A DNA stretch of 60,493 nt, filler included, from Hausera hauseri (Eukaryota), in assembly GCA_046269625.1 (NCBI GenBank). It is 11 parts of 11 records of this genome, joined end to end, with 100 filler letters (N's around TTAATTAATTAA, not from the genome) between each part and the next. Parts side by side here need not be neighbours in the genome. Positions count along the whole stretch, not along the records: positions 25,530 to 31,059 come from JBJURY010235518.1; positions 31,160 to 36,527 come from JBJURY010269286.1; positions 36,628 to 42,755 come from JBJURY010136428.1; 8 more parts are not named here. One strand, 5' to 3'. The number at the start of each line of letters is the position of its first letter. Position 1 is the first letter of the stretch. The translations under genes and the position numbers were made by a program. Under the pieces are notes generated by a model, which worked only from the letters and a program-made list of their open reading frames with translations, made no database searches and had not been told where the DNA came from. Shown in pieces: positions 26,050-39,099 of the stretch.

Positions 26050-29000
26050 ATTGGAGATTGACCAGCAACTATCCCGGTGAGGAAACCGAGTGCACCCACG
26101 GCCAACGGAACCAGATCACCCCCCCCCACCCGTAACAGAAAAAAGGCTATGTAAGGATGAAAAGGAATAATAACAATTATGAGAATGAAAAGTGTTTACC
26201 GTCTATTCAGTTTTAGTATGAGTTAGGCGTTGCGTACCATCACAGAATTTTTCTCTGCTGTAGGTACTGAATGTCACTCTGCGTGGCTTACTCGATACAT
26301 TTGTGCTGGGCTGTTGAGTGATATTTTGTGATGGAGATGATAGCGAAGATGGGTCAAAGAAAAAGGGCGATGCAATTAAAAGTGATGTAAATTCATTTAG
26401 AAAATCGGTAGGAGTGCTAGCGGACTTTGAATTGGAAGTAGAATTGGTATATGGAATGTCGTCAATGAAGAAAGCAGGCTTCAGATTCGAAATGTGGATG
26501 TTGTAAGGTTTGTCTTGGCGTAAGATGGTAGCTGTGTGAGATAAAAGATTCAGCAGTTTGTACGGACCAACATATTGAGGTCTAAAACCAGAAGTAGATT
26601 GATCTTTTAACCACACAAACTTGGTGGAGTATAAGTCCTTCGGAATGTAGGATTTTTTGTTGTTAAAGAGGCGATAGAATGAATCTAAGCTGACCTCTAC
26701 GAAGTGAGATTACGCCGCACGAATGTTTTCGTCTGTAGATTTGTCGTCGAGAGTAGAAAGCTCAAATAAGGCCCGAATTGGAGTCCCAAAGAGTGCCTCG
26801 GCTGCAGCACAGCCGGTAGTGGTCGAAGGTGTGTTGCGCCACTCTAGTAGAATAAATGGTAGAATGGACGTCCAATTACGATGAGTGTCAGTCAAGATTT
26901 TTAAGGAAGCTTTCATTGTTCCATGGAACCTTTCAAGAAGGCCATTTGCTTGAAAATTGTATGGTGTTGTATGAAAATTGGATATTCCCTAGTGTTTGAC
27001 TAGTGATTTGAAAAGTTTCCACTCAAAATCTGGACCTTGATCCGTTATTATGTAACGTGGGGAACCAAAGAGACTAATCCAGATTTTTATAAAGGCGTCG
27101 GCAACTGAATCAGTGGTCTTTGAACAAAGAGGAACGGCTTCAGGCCAGCGAGAAGCACGATCCATCATGGTAAGTATATATTTATATCCGTTGTCTGAAA
27201 GTAAAGGACCCACTAGATCAAGATGAACCGTATGGAAATGTGATGTACAAAGAAAATAGTACAGCAGTGGTTTAAGGTGTTTGTTGATTTCGTATTTTTG
27301 ACAGGCTACTCTTTCACCCAGTCGTGTACATCTTTGCGCACTGATGTCCATACAACATGATGTTGAAGCAGGCGAAAGGTTGCTTTCGAACTTGGATGAT
27401 AGAATGAATGCGTATAAACAAAAGCTGGCTTTTGTAAAGGTGGTGCTAGAATGATCTTTTTATTACTGGTATTTGACGTATTATAAGCAATGCCATGAAT
27501 GATTTTGAATGATTTAAAATAAGTAAGGAAGTCAGCAAATAATTGATGGCCTTTAACACTTTGGTTGAGAAAATTGGCTCAACAGTGATAAAGCAAACCG
27601 ACCTCGATAGAAAGTCTGCCACCAAATTATCTGTGCCTGAAATATATTCCAACACAAAGCTAAACGTAGACAGATATGATATATGTCTCTTTTGCCTCGG
27701 TTATGGCTGTTTTAACGACATGATGTGCAGTAGAGCCTTGTGATCAGTTTGAATGACAAATGGACGAGAGAGAAGTAGATGTTTGAAATGTTTTACTGCC
27801 AGAACTATGGCGAGTAACTCACTATCAAATGTTGAATAACGGCTCTCGGATTGCGTAAGCTTTCGGGAATAGAATTTTAGTGGTTCATCGATGCCATTGG
27901 AGATCTGGTGTAGTACAGCACTAGTAGCTGTGGTTGAGGCATAGGTTGTAAGTATACAATCTGCCTTGGGTTTAGGAGAGGCCAGTATTACTACGGTTTT
28001 AAGGCCTTTGCACAAGTGATAAAATTTGGTTACTAGATCAGGAGTCCAGTGGATCAGCTGTCTCTTTTTCCGGATAATAGATGCGCGAAAGGTGCTCTAA
28101 GCTTATAGCAATGCGGTACGTATTTGCGGATGAAGTGGAGTATGCCTAAGAAACTTCCCGTATCCGTGGTAGTCGTTGGTAGAGTTATGTTTTTTAATTG
28201 TTGTAGTCGACTCGATTGTGGAGAGTGGCCGTGAGCAGTGATGACGTGACCGGGGAAATTTACACGTTTTTGGAAGAAATGACACTTGGAGAAGTTGACT
28301 TGCAAATTTCTATGATGTATTCTGTGAAAGATCATAAGAAGGTGTTCTTGATGTTGTTTGACAGATGTAGAGGCAACTAATATTTCATCAATATATGGAT
28401 GAGCGAAGTCAAGGCCTCAGAGTACGGTATCAATATGCCGTTGGGAAGTTTGAGAAGCACTACGTAAACCAAATGGCATAAAGATCTATTCGTAGAGGCC
28501 AAATGGAGTAATAATAGCAGTTTTTGGAATATCACCAGGTGCAACCGAAATTTGATAATACGCTTTATGCAAGTCAATTGTGGAGTACGTGTTAGTGTTG
28601 GTAAGGCTGTGAAGGATGTCATTTAAGAGAGATAAAGGGTAAGCATCCAGGATTGTTAGATTATTTAACTGCCGGTAATTACTGCACGGTCTGTATGTGC
28701 CATCTTTCTTCGTAACAATATGTAAAGGCGAAGCCCATGGTGATTTGGATCGTCGAATAATGCCCGCCTTTTAGAGTTCATTGAACTCTGATTCAAGAGC
28801 ATTTCGTCTGCGAAGTGAAAGTGGCCTTACCTTTTGTCTGATAGGTCTTTGGTGTTTGGTGACTATATGATGATAAGTTGTGGAGTGCGGCTTGAAATTG
28901 ACGTCCTTCTTGAGAATACGGGAACAAGAATTTTTGATATAGGATTTAAGATCAGAACCCAACAATAAGAATGATGAGAGCATATCATTAAAAGAGTCAG

Positions 29001-30760
29001 TGTCCGTAATTGATGTAGAATCACTGAATATTTCATTAACGACATTTGGTTTAGCCGATTGTTTTAAGATTGATTTGTTCCCACTTGACGAGATTGAAAA
29101 TATGGATGAATTATTGAGTGTGTTGTTATCAGCAGATGAACAGCATGTCACATTGATATTTGAATGAGCAGAGGAAGATAAAATGTCCGACTGGTCGTTT
29201 GGTGAGCATTTGTTAGAATTTGCAGCGAAGTTTCTGCGCAGGAGGCAATTATGCTTACAATCGACTAACAAATCGTAGGCAGCAAAGAAATCGGACCCTA
29301 TTATGGGCGATCTGATGTTGGCTATGTGAAATTTCCAGAATTTCCCTGGTAGGTTGAAGAACGTGAAAGTCAGTTTTGTGGTACCTACAATGTTTAAAGG
29401 TTGATCACATGCAGTGAAATGTGGAGGACAGAGAACTGTGTTAGATGTAGGATCAAAAGACAAAGGAAGAAGTGAAAAAGCAGCTCCTGAATCGATAAGA
29501 AAATCTATTTTTGATGTGTCTCCAAATAACATTTCAGCTTTCAACAGAAAGACTGCAGAAGCGGTTTTGAAACGGCCAGAAGATTGAATGATATTGCCTG
29601 TACCAGAATGTGCAGTGGTATCTAGTGGCATTATTGGTTTTTTGAGACTTGTTGAGGAAAAAAAGAATGTGAGTACGAGGAGGCGAAGAAGATGGAGAGA
29701 AATTAGAATTCATTTTATAATATTAGCATCCTGGCACACACGACCTAGCCTTGGACTGATACTTTGTGTGATAGATGCAGACTGGATTGTCTACTGCATA
29801 TCGTTCATCGTAGAATCGACAGCCTAAAACATATTTCCTTGCGTCTCTGCGGATTTTACTGTAATAAAAACATGTCATTTTACCATCTCTAGATTTGGAA
29901 CGAGAAGAGTGCCTGGAAAAACTGCGATAGCGTGAAATACGATTTTCGCTTTGTCGAGGCGCGGATAAGTCACTGAGTTGAACTTTGATCGCAGAAATTG
30001 CTTGTTGGAGTGTGTCGAACTGCTTCTGCATTATATGCAGTTGTTATGCAAATAAAGTGTTGAATAACGGTGAGTGAGCGGTTGCTGCGGCTATTGGCTA
30101 TGAATTATTAGACTGCAGAATATCAAAACTTTTGTCTGCCAACAAAGCGAGTTTTTCGAGGGCAGTAGAGTCGTCTACTACAGTGATTAGCGCTCGGACG
30201 AATGTTGTCAAAGACGAAAGAAAATACCGACGAATTAGATCGGCATTGTTTGTGGGAGTCACGCCCAAGGAGTTCAGTTGCAAGATGGCAGTTTTAAGGA
30301 AATCCGATGGTTTTTGATTTCCGGTCGCATGTTCATTAAAATATTTTTGAATTATGCTGTCGATGGAAGGGTCCGTGATATGTAGAACTGATTCATACAG
30401 CATATCATACGGGCTTGAAGAAAAGAGTGTGTCAGTTAGATTATAAATTTGCTGCTTGATATCAGCTGGAAGTAATAGCAGCAAATTATTAGCCGGTTGA
30501 AAGGAATCTGTAATGTGATTGGCTTTAAGCCATTGCAAGTGGAACTGCAACCAGGTACGACTATAATTTGTCTTTCCTAGAAAAAATCCGTGCACGGGAG
30601 ATTTGGGGATGTTGTTGGTGCGGTGTCGATAGGTCGACGACCAGATATAGTTTTGGTTAAGTTTTCAGCAGAAGGGTCAAGGTCTGATCCACCACGGATA
30701 CGAAAATGAAGAGTGAGGTAAAGGGTTTTGTAGGAAAATGCAGAAAGCTGGTCCTGGATT
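26050..30760 (-). mobile_element. Gypsy family A near-full-length internal region (gag-pro-RT-RH-IN), PPT at ~26116-26132, truncated 3' LTR
   Basis: gag 30098-30595, FLIDSGA, SPWASPLH, TDHKAL, HLDLVGP, TDQGPDF, PQYVGPY, RRVTFS tail. Many frameshifts. Confidence 0.93.
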
Positions 30761-31159
30761 AGTCAGATTATTTATTAATTGCATTCACTCTCTTATTTGC
30801 TTAATATCTGACATGTTCTTGATTCTTGATACTGACTTCAACAACTGGTGAAATGTTCTCATTTATATGATGCTGCAATTGGAGTTGAGACGTCTCAAAT
30901 TTCAGTTCATTGAACGAATTTCGATTTTTATGAGCACAACTTTCAAGTACATATAACATATCGTTCTTTGTTTCTTCTAAGTATTTTGAAATGTACACGA
31001 ATTTCGATTCGTAGATTGAAACATTATACTCGTAATCCAGAATCGTTTTGATGTCTTTCNNNNNNNNNNNNNNNNNNNNNNNNNNNNNNNNNNNNNNNNN
31101 NNNTTAATTAATTAANNNNNNNNNNNNNNNNNNNNNNNNNNNNNNNNNNNNNNNNNNNN

Positions 31160-31860
31160 CTTCGTTCTCCGGAGTGCGTATTGTACAAATCGAGTTGTAA
31201 CTGGTACTCTTGTCCTAGTTGCAGTTTACAGCACACAGCAGGTCGTCAACCCAGATAACAGTACTCCGGAATAAGAACAGAGGCGTTCAGCGGTATAAAT
31301 CGGGCGGAAATTTGTCTGTCTTCTGGCAGTTCTATTTTGGTATCAATTCGAATACATTTATTCTTTAAGTCTTTGGAAATCCCAATAATGTTATAATCTA
31401 AAAGCCTTTTAAATGGATCAGTGTTTTGGATTATCTCATCCGTCTTGGCTCGATTCGTGCCATTTCGTTAAGGCATTATTATTAAGAATTCAGTAATTAT
31501 ATATGCTTGAGCTCCCGGTTGATTATAATAACACATCTATAACCTGTATCGGTAGTTTTGTCCGAAATCCAATTCACAACATTTCCTATGAACTCCATAT
31601 TGGAAATCGCATGTTTTCATCGTGGATCTAGTTACAAATATTATTTGAAATTTTACATGACTTTGAATAGGTTTACTCGCTTCAAACCATGCACATGGTT
31701 TGATCCAATCCATATCGTATACCCTAAGTGACTGTAAGTTCAGGATATCTTTTCGTCTTGCCGCATAATGTAGTTTTTCGGTTAAAGTTATCTACCTTTC
31801 CTTGAGTATATACGAAGCGATTAACGATAAGGCGAGAACTATTTGTACATATGATATTGG
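31160..31860 (-). pseudogene. Env-like / secreted Cys-rich repeated domain in frame with integrase
   Basis: Manual translation of the integrase frame continues ~210 codons with 4 stops. It gives two similar modules (CCELDFGQNYRYRL / CCKLQLGQEYQLQL) and sequons NGT and NAS. Confidence 0.6.
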
Positions 31861-32868
31861 TCTGGTCACTATCGATGATGTTTTTATTTCTTTATTTGTT
31901 TTGCTCGAACGCAAATTATAGCGTTTGTTTGGTCTTATTTCCGTTTTAACTACTCTCTGGATTGATATGACCTCCTCCTTGCCATTTTTGTTCATATAAA
32001 TTGTGTTTGGTGTGGTTTTGGTAACTTCGTAGAGTCCTCTGCCTGTTCTGGTGAGTTTAAGAGATGCGCCTTTCTTTGCCACTCGGTAATGTGCGTAAAC
32101 CAAATTTCCTGGTTCTAAGTCGTGTGGTTTAGCCTTCTTGTCACATTGCCCTTTATATTGTTTTTGGTATTCTCTGGATAATTCCTTGGCTATTTCCCAA
32201 CACTTGTGTAATCTCAATTGTAATACTTCGACAAAATTTTGCTCTAAGTCTTCCGTTCTGGTTGCATATGGAATCAGTCCTAAATCTGTAGGCAGTACAG
32301 CTTCTCTACCGTACATCATGAAAAACGGGGTGAATCCTGTTGCAGCATGTGGAGTAGTATTAATGGCAAACTGTGTACCTTCCAAGAAATCGTCCAAATC
32401 TTTCCGGTCTTTCGCGACTACTGTCGATAAAATTCGTATAACTGTCGACTTCATTCGTTCAACCACTCCGTTACACTGGAGATGATAAGCTGTCGTGGTT
32501 AGTCGCTTGATTTCGAAAATTTTGGTAATCTTTTCGAGCAGTTCGCTCGTAAAGTTTCTCCCTATGTCTGTCAAAATTTGTTCAGGCGTCCCATATCTGC
32601 AAATAATTTTCCGGACTACTACTTCTGCCAGGGTCTCTGCCTTTTGGTCTACTAACGCTATAAGCGTGACGAAATGAGTCAATCGGTCTACACAGGTCAA
32701 AATGTATTTATTGCTTTTGTGAGTCGTAGGTAACCTTCTTACAATATACATGGACATTGCTTGCATTGGTCTGTCGGGCACATTGATGGGTTTAAGCTCA
32801 GCGACGTAGTTTTTCACTTTTCTCTGTTTGGTTGCGCATATTTCACAAGCATTTACCCAATTTCTCAC
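31792..32868 (-). CDS. Gypsy family C integrase core and C-terminus with hydrophobic signal-like tail
   Basis: 358-aa ORF with Zn CxxC and a D,D(35)E region, ending YVQIVLALSLIASYIL. Confidence 0.88.
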   Translation of the reverse strand: MRNWVNACEICATKQRKVKNYVAELKPINVPDRPMQAMSMYIVRRLPTTHKSNKYILTCVDRLTHFVTLIALVDQKAETLAEVVVRKIICRYGTPEQILTDIGRNFTSELLEKITKIFEIKRLTTTAYHLQCNGVVERMKSTVIRILSTVVAKDRKDLDDFLEGTQFAINTTPHAATGFTPFFMMYGREAVLPTDLGLIPYATRTEDLEQNFVEVLQLRLHKCWEIAKELSREYQKQYKGQCDKKAKPHDLEPGNLVYAHYRVAKKGASLKLTRTGRGLYEVTKTTPNTIYMNKNGKEEVISIQRVVKTEIRPNKRYNLRSSKTNKEIKTSSIVTRPISYVQIVLALSLIASYILKER

Positions 32869-35800
32869 ATCGATGTAAATGCTCGGCCAAAGATATTTAT
32901 TTTATATTCTTTCCAATATCTTCTTCCACGACATGTGTCCGGTTAGGTATAAGTCGTGTTCGGCCATTAGCACTTCCGCACGTAATCCCTTTTGGTATGA
33001 CGACTAATTTTCGTCCCTTTCGTTTGTATTACAACACATTTTCGTGGTTCAAATCTCCTGCGATGCAGCATTTGTGACCATGTCGTCGTAGGTATTTCCG
33101 TAACTGATGACTCTTTGATGTTTTGTTTCTATCAACGAACTCGATAATTTGTTGTACAACTTTGTCTTTTCTTTGTTCGACAGAAATCTTCAATGCCTTA
33201 TCTAGTGTGAGAGGCCGTTGCCTCTATATTAAGTCTTCGAGGTAGGCTTTTCTCATTACCGTAACTGCGTTTGTTTTAGTTTTAAGTCTTGACAATGCAT
33301 CGACATCGACATGTTTATTTCCGGGTTTGTATGGGAATTCAATATTGTAACGTGAGATCTCCTCAATCCATCTGTTGTTTGTACAGGTCGGATTATTTGC
33401 TCTACCCTTTAAAGTCGTAACTGCCTTATGATCAGTAACGATTACGATCTTTTGTCCATAGACATACACGTTAAAATGTCGCAGGGCTTTCTTCACCGCT
33501 AACGCTTCCAACTGCGTCACAGAATAGTTCTTCTCGGCTTTCTTTAGAGAGCGTCCTCCATATGCCATAGGGTGTTCTAGCTCCTCGTCTTCTCGTTTCT
33601 GAGATAATTCTTACCCAGTGCCTTCCTTACTGGCGTCTGTTTTGATTTTGAATGGTAGGTTGAAGTCAGAATATCTTAAAACGGGTTCACTAGTTAGAAA
33701 TTTCTTCATTTCATCGAAGGCTTTCTGTTCAACGTCGGTCCATTTCCATTTGATCCCTTTTTTAAGCAAGCGGTACAAAGATACGTTTATCTTTGAATAA
33801 TACCCACATAAAACTAACCAGTGCCTTAATTCCTTTTTATTCTGTGGTTCCATGCAGTCCGATATTTTACTCAGTAATTATTTATACGGCTTTCATCCTC
33901 CTTCTTCAAGTATATTCCCAAGGTAAGACACAGAATTTTGGGCCCATTTGCATTTCTTAAGATTCAGTTTCAATGCCGCTTGCGCCAATCTCATGAATGT
34001 ACCTTCAGTGTCCTTTAAATGATCTTCTTCCGTCTTCGACGCAATCATGACGTCGTCCAGGTAGGCAAACGCGTGTTCCAATCCCATTGGCATCTTGTTC
34101 ATCATGCGGGTAAAGGTGGCTGGCCAGGTAGTTATTCTAAATGGCATAACATTAAATTCGTATATACCGTCGTGTGTCTTAAATGCAGCTTTGTAACGAT
34201 CTTCTTCCTCTATCTCCACTTGCTAATATCCGGATTGTAATTGAAATGTGGTGAACCATTTTGCTCCAGAAAGTCTATCCAAGGCTTCCTTTACCGATGG
34301 TAATGGGAAGGAGTCTTTCATCAAAAGTGTGTTTAACGCTCGATAGTCAATACAAAATCGGTGCTTAGTGGTACCTTTTTTCTTAACCATGAGTATAGTT
34401 GAGTACCAAGATCGGTAGCTCGGTCTAATTATGTCGGCCTTTAAAATTTCTTCAACTCCTTTGGTTATCTGTGGCCTTAACGAGTGTGGAGGGGTACTAT
34501 TTCGGCATATTTTGATCCTCTAAATCTGTTTCATCGTTGACCCAGGCTTTTTCTTAAGGTGGATCGCGAGTCTTAAGGCTTTAGCTCGGAAAATATCTTC
34601 TTCGTCTTTAGCAATGACCGAGCTATAACGACAAAGTAATTCGTAAAATCAACGGTATGATTCTGGTGAAAATTTTATTTCAACGTGGGGTGGAAATTCA
34701 GTACATTTATAAGGTTTCTATTCGACAGTGAATGATTATACTCTATGTGTGTGCCATAAAGTGGTATTGGCGTACAGTTTGATTGGAGTTTGTGCATTAT
34801 TCGCTATTCTGATCGGTATGCGACCCATTGATACTCTTGTTAAAACGTTACTGAGTTCGATGTTTGGATTAAGCGATTCATTCGGCTCAAAATATACTAG
34901 CTGATCGTCATCTTGACGTATATAAACGTATATTAATATTTCGGTTCTGGACGGTATGTTTTTATCTACGGAAATCCGAACGTCTCCGAATTTTCTGTCT
35001 TTAGTGGTTTTAATTTCTTTTATTGGGCCACGTTTGATCAACTTCCCTGCATTGCAATCTATTGCTATGTTAGGTAGCTGTCTCAATATATTGCACCCCA
35101 ATACTACATCATCCGTTAATTGCTCCATTATTGAAAATTCATGATGAAAAGATTGTCCCATAATACGAATGTCTGGTCTCCATCGGAATTTGCTTTAAGG
35201 CGATTGATCGGGTCTGTTGTGGGAGGTGGTTATAATTGTATCCGTAGGAATTGCCGTTTTGAATCATATTTTATCAGTGATATTTGTGATCCTGTATCTA
35301 TCAAAGCGTAGACTTTCCAATCTTCTAATTGAATTTTTGCGAAGGGCCTACCTTCGATTACCGTACCGTAATAACTTGGTGCTATTTGGGGGCGTCGTAT
35401 CATGGGCACCTTATAGCCGTTGATGGTAACTTCAGTGGTTCCAACTGGCTGATCGATCAATTGTCTTAACTCTCCAATTGGGTATAGTTCATTATTCGCA
35501 CAATTCGCGTTTTCTATTCCCTGGTTTCTAACCGGCGGCTGGATTTCTTGTTTTTGGAGATTATTTGTTTCGCGGCTTCTGGTAAATGTCGACTGCATTT
35601 CGTTTGGTCTAGGTACTCTAGGTGAATAAATTATACTGTAATCGTCGACTGCCTTGAGACGATGCGGAGCAGACGTTCTTTTCGTTTCGTGGATCTTACG
35701 CATTATTCAGTAATGTTTTGTTCCTTCGTAAGGATCCTCTAGACTAAACGGCTTCCGATAGATTCCTGTCTAGCACGAACTCATAGATTGTTTCTCACAG

Positions 35801-36744
35801 ACTTCGTACATAGGTGCCGTTGGCGGCAGTATTGGTAATGGTAGTTTCATAGCCGAGTAGGTTTTGTGCCTGTTCGACTTGGAGATAACGTTTCCTCCTT
35901 TAGGTTCGTCATCGTCAGAGTTATTTCTTCGTGTCTTAGTATCCATGAATTTTTGCCTGTAATCGAATGTGTCTTACGTCTTCAATTATTGTAACCAACA
36001 TGTCGCTCCACATACACTTTCCATCTACTCTCTTCATAAGCCTTTAGGAATTTACCGAGAGGTATTATAATAGCCGTTAGAATCTTACACGAGAATCCCG
36101 TCAAAGTGAATATCTCGTATCCATTTATAATTGCTTGAATTATCGCTTTACCAGTTGAATCAAGAAATAAATTGCTAGGAATCCTGACGCGGCTTCTCCG
36201 AATATCAAGAATCTTCAACAAATTTATGCAATATTTCCGTAGTTACCCTTCGGTAGTAGTTGACACCGAGCAATGATTTCCACTTCGCTTGATAACGCCA
36301 GTTTTCTAGTATTGCATGCATGGCTATGTTTAATTCATGTGTGCGCTGATGGGGGAAAGCGAGAAATTGTCTGAACGCCTCTACTTTTTTGGTCGGTAAA
36401 TGCCCTTTGCGGCGGTATCTTGAAATTTATCATCGGTTATTCCTTTTATTAAATTTGTTCCTGTTAACTTGGTCGGCGGCGTAATTATGCCGCCGTTTGG
36501 TAAACTTACCCAATCGGTTTCGCTACGNNNNNNNNNNNNNNNNNNNNNNNNNNNNNNNNNNNNNNNNNNNNTTAATTAATTAANNNNNNNNNNNNNNNNN
36601 NNNNNNNNNNNNNNNNNNNNNNNNNNNGCACGAAGCTCTAAGCAACGGAGCTAACTGGCCATGTATTTAACAAGTGTTGTGGCTTGGATCTACTGTCCTA
36701 CTTCGCGGCGCAACTGGGCTAATACATAACAAGAAGATTCTCTT

Positions 36745-36816
36745 CTCCTCGTCGAGGAATCGAACCCCGGTCTTCCAACTGACAGGGAGAGATACTGTCC
36801 ACTATACTAACGAGGA
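36745..36816 (-). tRNA. tRNA-Asp(GTC) pseudogene
   Basis: TCCTCGTTAGTATAGTGG...CTGTCA...GGTTCGATTCC; the anticodon stem is disrupted. Confidence 0.85.
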
Positions 36817-36943
36817 CATAGGACCTTTACTACTAGAGCAATTGCGAGTCTGTGTGCCCTTAACCCTCATTGCTCAGGTGTCTGCTAAAAGATGAAAATA
36901 GAAATGGATGCACCACAGTCATCACTCACCTTAGACATATTAA

Positions 36944-37015
36944 GGCTCGTTGGTCTAGTGGTATGATTCTCGCTTCGGGTGCGAGAGGTCCCGGGTTCGA
37001 ATCCCGGACGAGCCC
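36944..37015 (+). tRNA. tRNA-Pro(CGG), intact
   Basis: GGCTCGTTGGTCTAGTGGTATGATTCTCGCTTCGGGTGCGAGAGGTCCCGGGTTCGAATCCCGGACGAGCCC folds into a full cloverleaf. Confidence 0.97.
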
Positions 37016-39099
37016 TTGTCTAATAAATACTGAATTTTGGGGCACAGCCTGGTTGGTGAGGTCAGCTCACAGGTTCAGGCCTTACCACTGCAAACAAACT
37101 GGAACACTCACACGTCTTCAGTTCAGAGATGATTGTGTCCGGCATCATCAACCCAGGCTACAACTGAGTAGTCACTTTCATGTTTCACCTCTGATTTATC
37201 CTGGCCAGGGTTGCAGTGGTTACAGGAGGCTTCTCACCAGAAGTACTTCTTTCTGTTAAAAGATGCGCTGATGTAGGTCAAAAATCTTGATTACCGTTTC
37301 GGTGCTTTATCTCTTAATGTTGAAGGACGTTCCCTAAACTGTTGTTTCCTTCATATATATATATATACGGTACAGGAACTCTCCTGAGAATCGAATGTGA
37401 AAATTAATCACAGACAGAATGGATAGTCAGAAACTGAGAGGGTCTGATCTATTGGAACCTCAGAATCCATATACACTAATAAATAAAAACACTAACAAAA
37501 TGGAGGATCAAATTATTAAACAATTACACAATGGAACATATTGATCAACTTGGGTTGTGGAGGAAGACGGCTCAATGAAACGGTGATTTTCATGTTCCGC
37601 ACTGGGCAAGACCCAAGCCACAGTCAGAGATCCTAAAGCTCAGTCTTCGTCCACAGCTTCTGGTGTTGAGAACAGTTCCAATCGCTCATGTCATGGTCAT
37701 GGCCAGGCAGCGGAGTTGGAGCAGAGGGAGCTAGATAATAAAAAGGAAGGCAGATAGAAAAATGTTATCATTACTACCCTCATCATTATAGCTTGCATAG
37801 TTTACGTGGAATTACATTACATAAAAACCAACGATAAAAGCAGAATCACGGGAAAATCTTGGTGTCAGCAGTTTGCAAATGGAAAGTTTGTCATTCTTAC
37901 ACTAATATTAAGGGTCCCGAGGAGTGAAGTCGTTCTGTTACACACTTGTCCAGACACGATGACGAAGCTTATGTCAAATTAAACTTTGGGCCTACACCAA
38001 GATGGAAACATACTTGGAGTTGCCTTAGGCCTCTCTGCCTCTACGGTACCTCCCATCTCCTGTACTAGGAATGCCAACTCTGATGGAATGGGCAGAGGCG
38101 TCCTCCTCTTCACACATGGTGTGGCTGGAACCACATCCAGGACAGTAAATTAACCAGTTAATCTTTGAATCGAACACCACATTCGATTACAAAAACTTAT
38201 CTGTGTGTATTTTATACTATCAACTGGTGATGAATGCAATTGATTCGGTGCAACAGGAGGAGGTTTGGACAGCACAGCAGATGGAACTACATCGGCATAT
38301 CAGATTTCACAGCGTATACACATTGTCAGTGTTAGTAAGAACTCAAACCGTCATACTCTTCCTTCTCAAGTGTCCTATTGTTTTGCAAATGTAAAATGTC
38401 TAATTCCCCACAAGCCCATTAAACAATTTCACTATCCTAATCACTACCGATGTTAATGGATTCGATACGAAGGTAATGACCATACCAATGTTAACATAAC
38501 CCAAAGAATGATACAGTCAGGTGGTTATTAAAATGGGGTATGTAAGCGAGGGTCGTTTGTGTGAAACCAGGTAATGTATGAACATGAGCAAGTGATCTTC
38601 TGTTAAATACATGTTATTTGTATTTGTATTGTTATTTGACTCCATTTGTGTCGCTGTACCCTTTTCTTTAGTTCAGAATTACGCCCACTCTACTCGTTAG
38701 TCTGAGGAGGAAGAGCAATATGGACAAGCATGCATGTAAGTGTTAGTACCCAAAGCTGCTTCATTTGCTTTCAACACAGCACAAATGTAGAACAAAAATG
38801 CAAACTTACCCCCACCGATGTTCGAATCAGCTCATCAAGGCAGGAATCAAATCATAGTCCTGAGGAGAATTATTATAATGCCAAAACACATCCATTTAGC
38901 TAGAGAAACATGGCTGGAACATGGCCAGAACACAAACAAAAGAACAGTTTAAGTCAAGGTTCAGTATTGGACAACAATTCATCATGTAAAACAAAGGTAC
39001 TCCAGTCCTGAAACCTTTTATTTCCAAAATCTGTTTTTGATCCCGGTGACACTCTTGGTGTGGCAGCAAATGTCGGAACAGTAACTGCTAACACACAGA

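Larger units (their letters stand above)
31160..36527 (-). mobile_element. Gypsy family C (gag-pro-RT-RH-IN plus env-like extension), decayed
   Basis: ALIDTGS, HRFCIDYRALN, YLDD, TDAS, TDHKA, DALSR, CEIC, NGVVER, TGFTPF, RYNLR. Confidence 0.92.

Noticed and set aside
37208-37240. Possible 5' half of the split tRNA-Gly
   Set aside because: There is only patchy similarity (cagtggt...ttctc.cc), with no acceptor or D stem.
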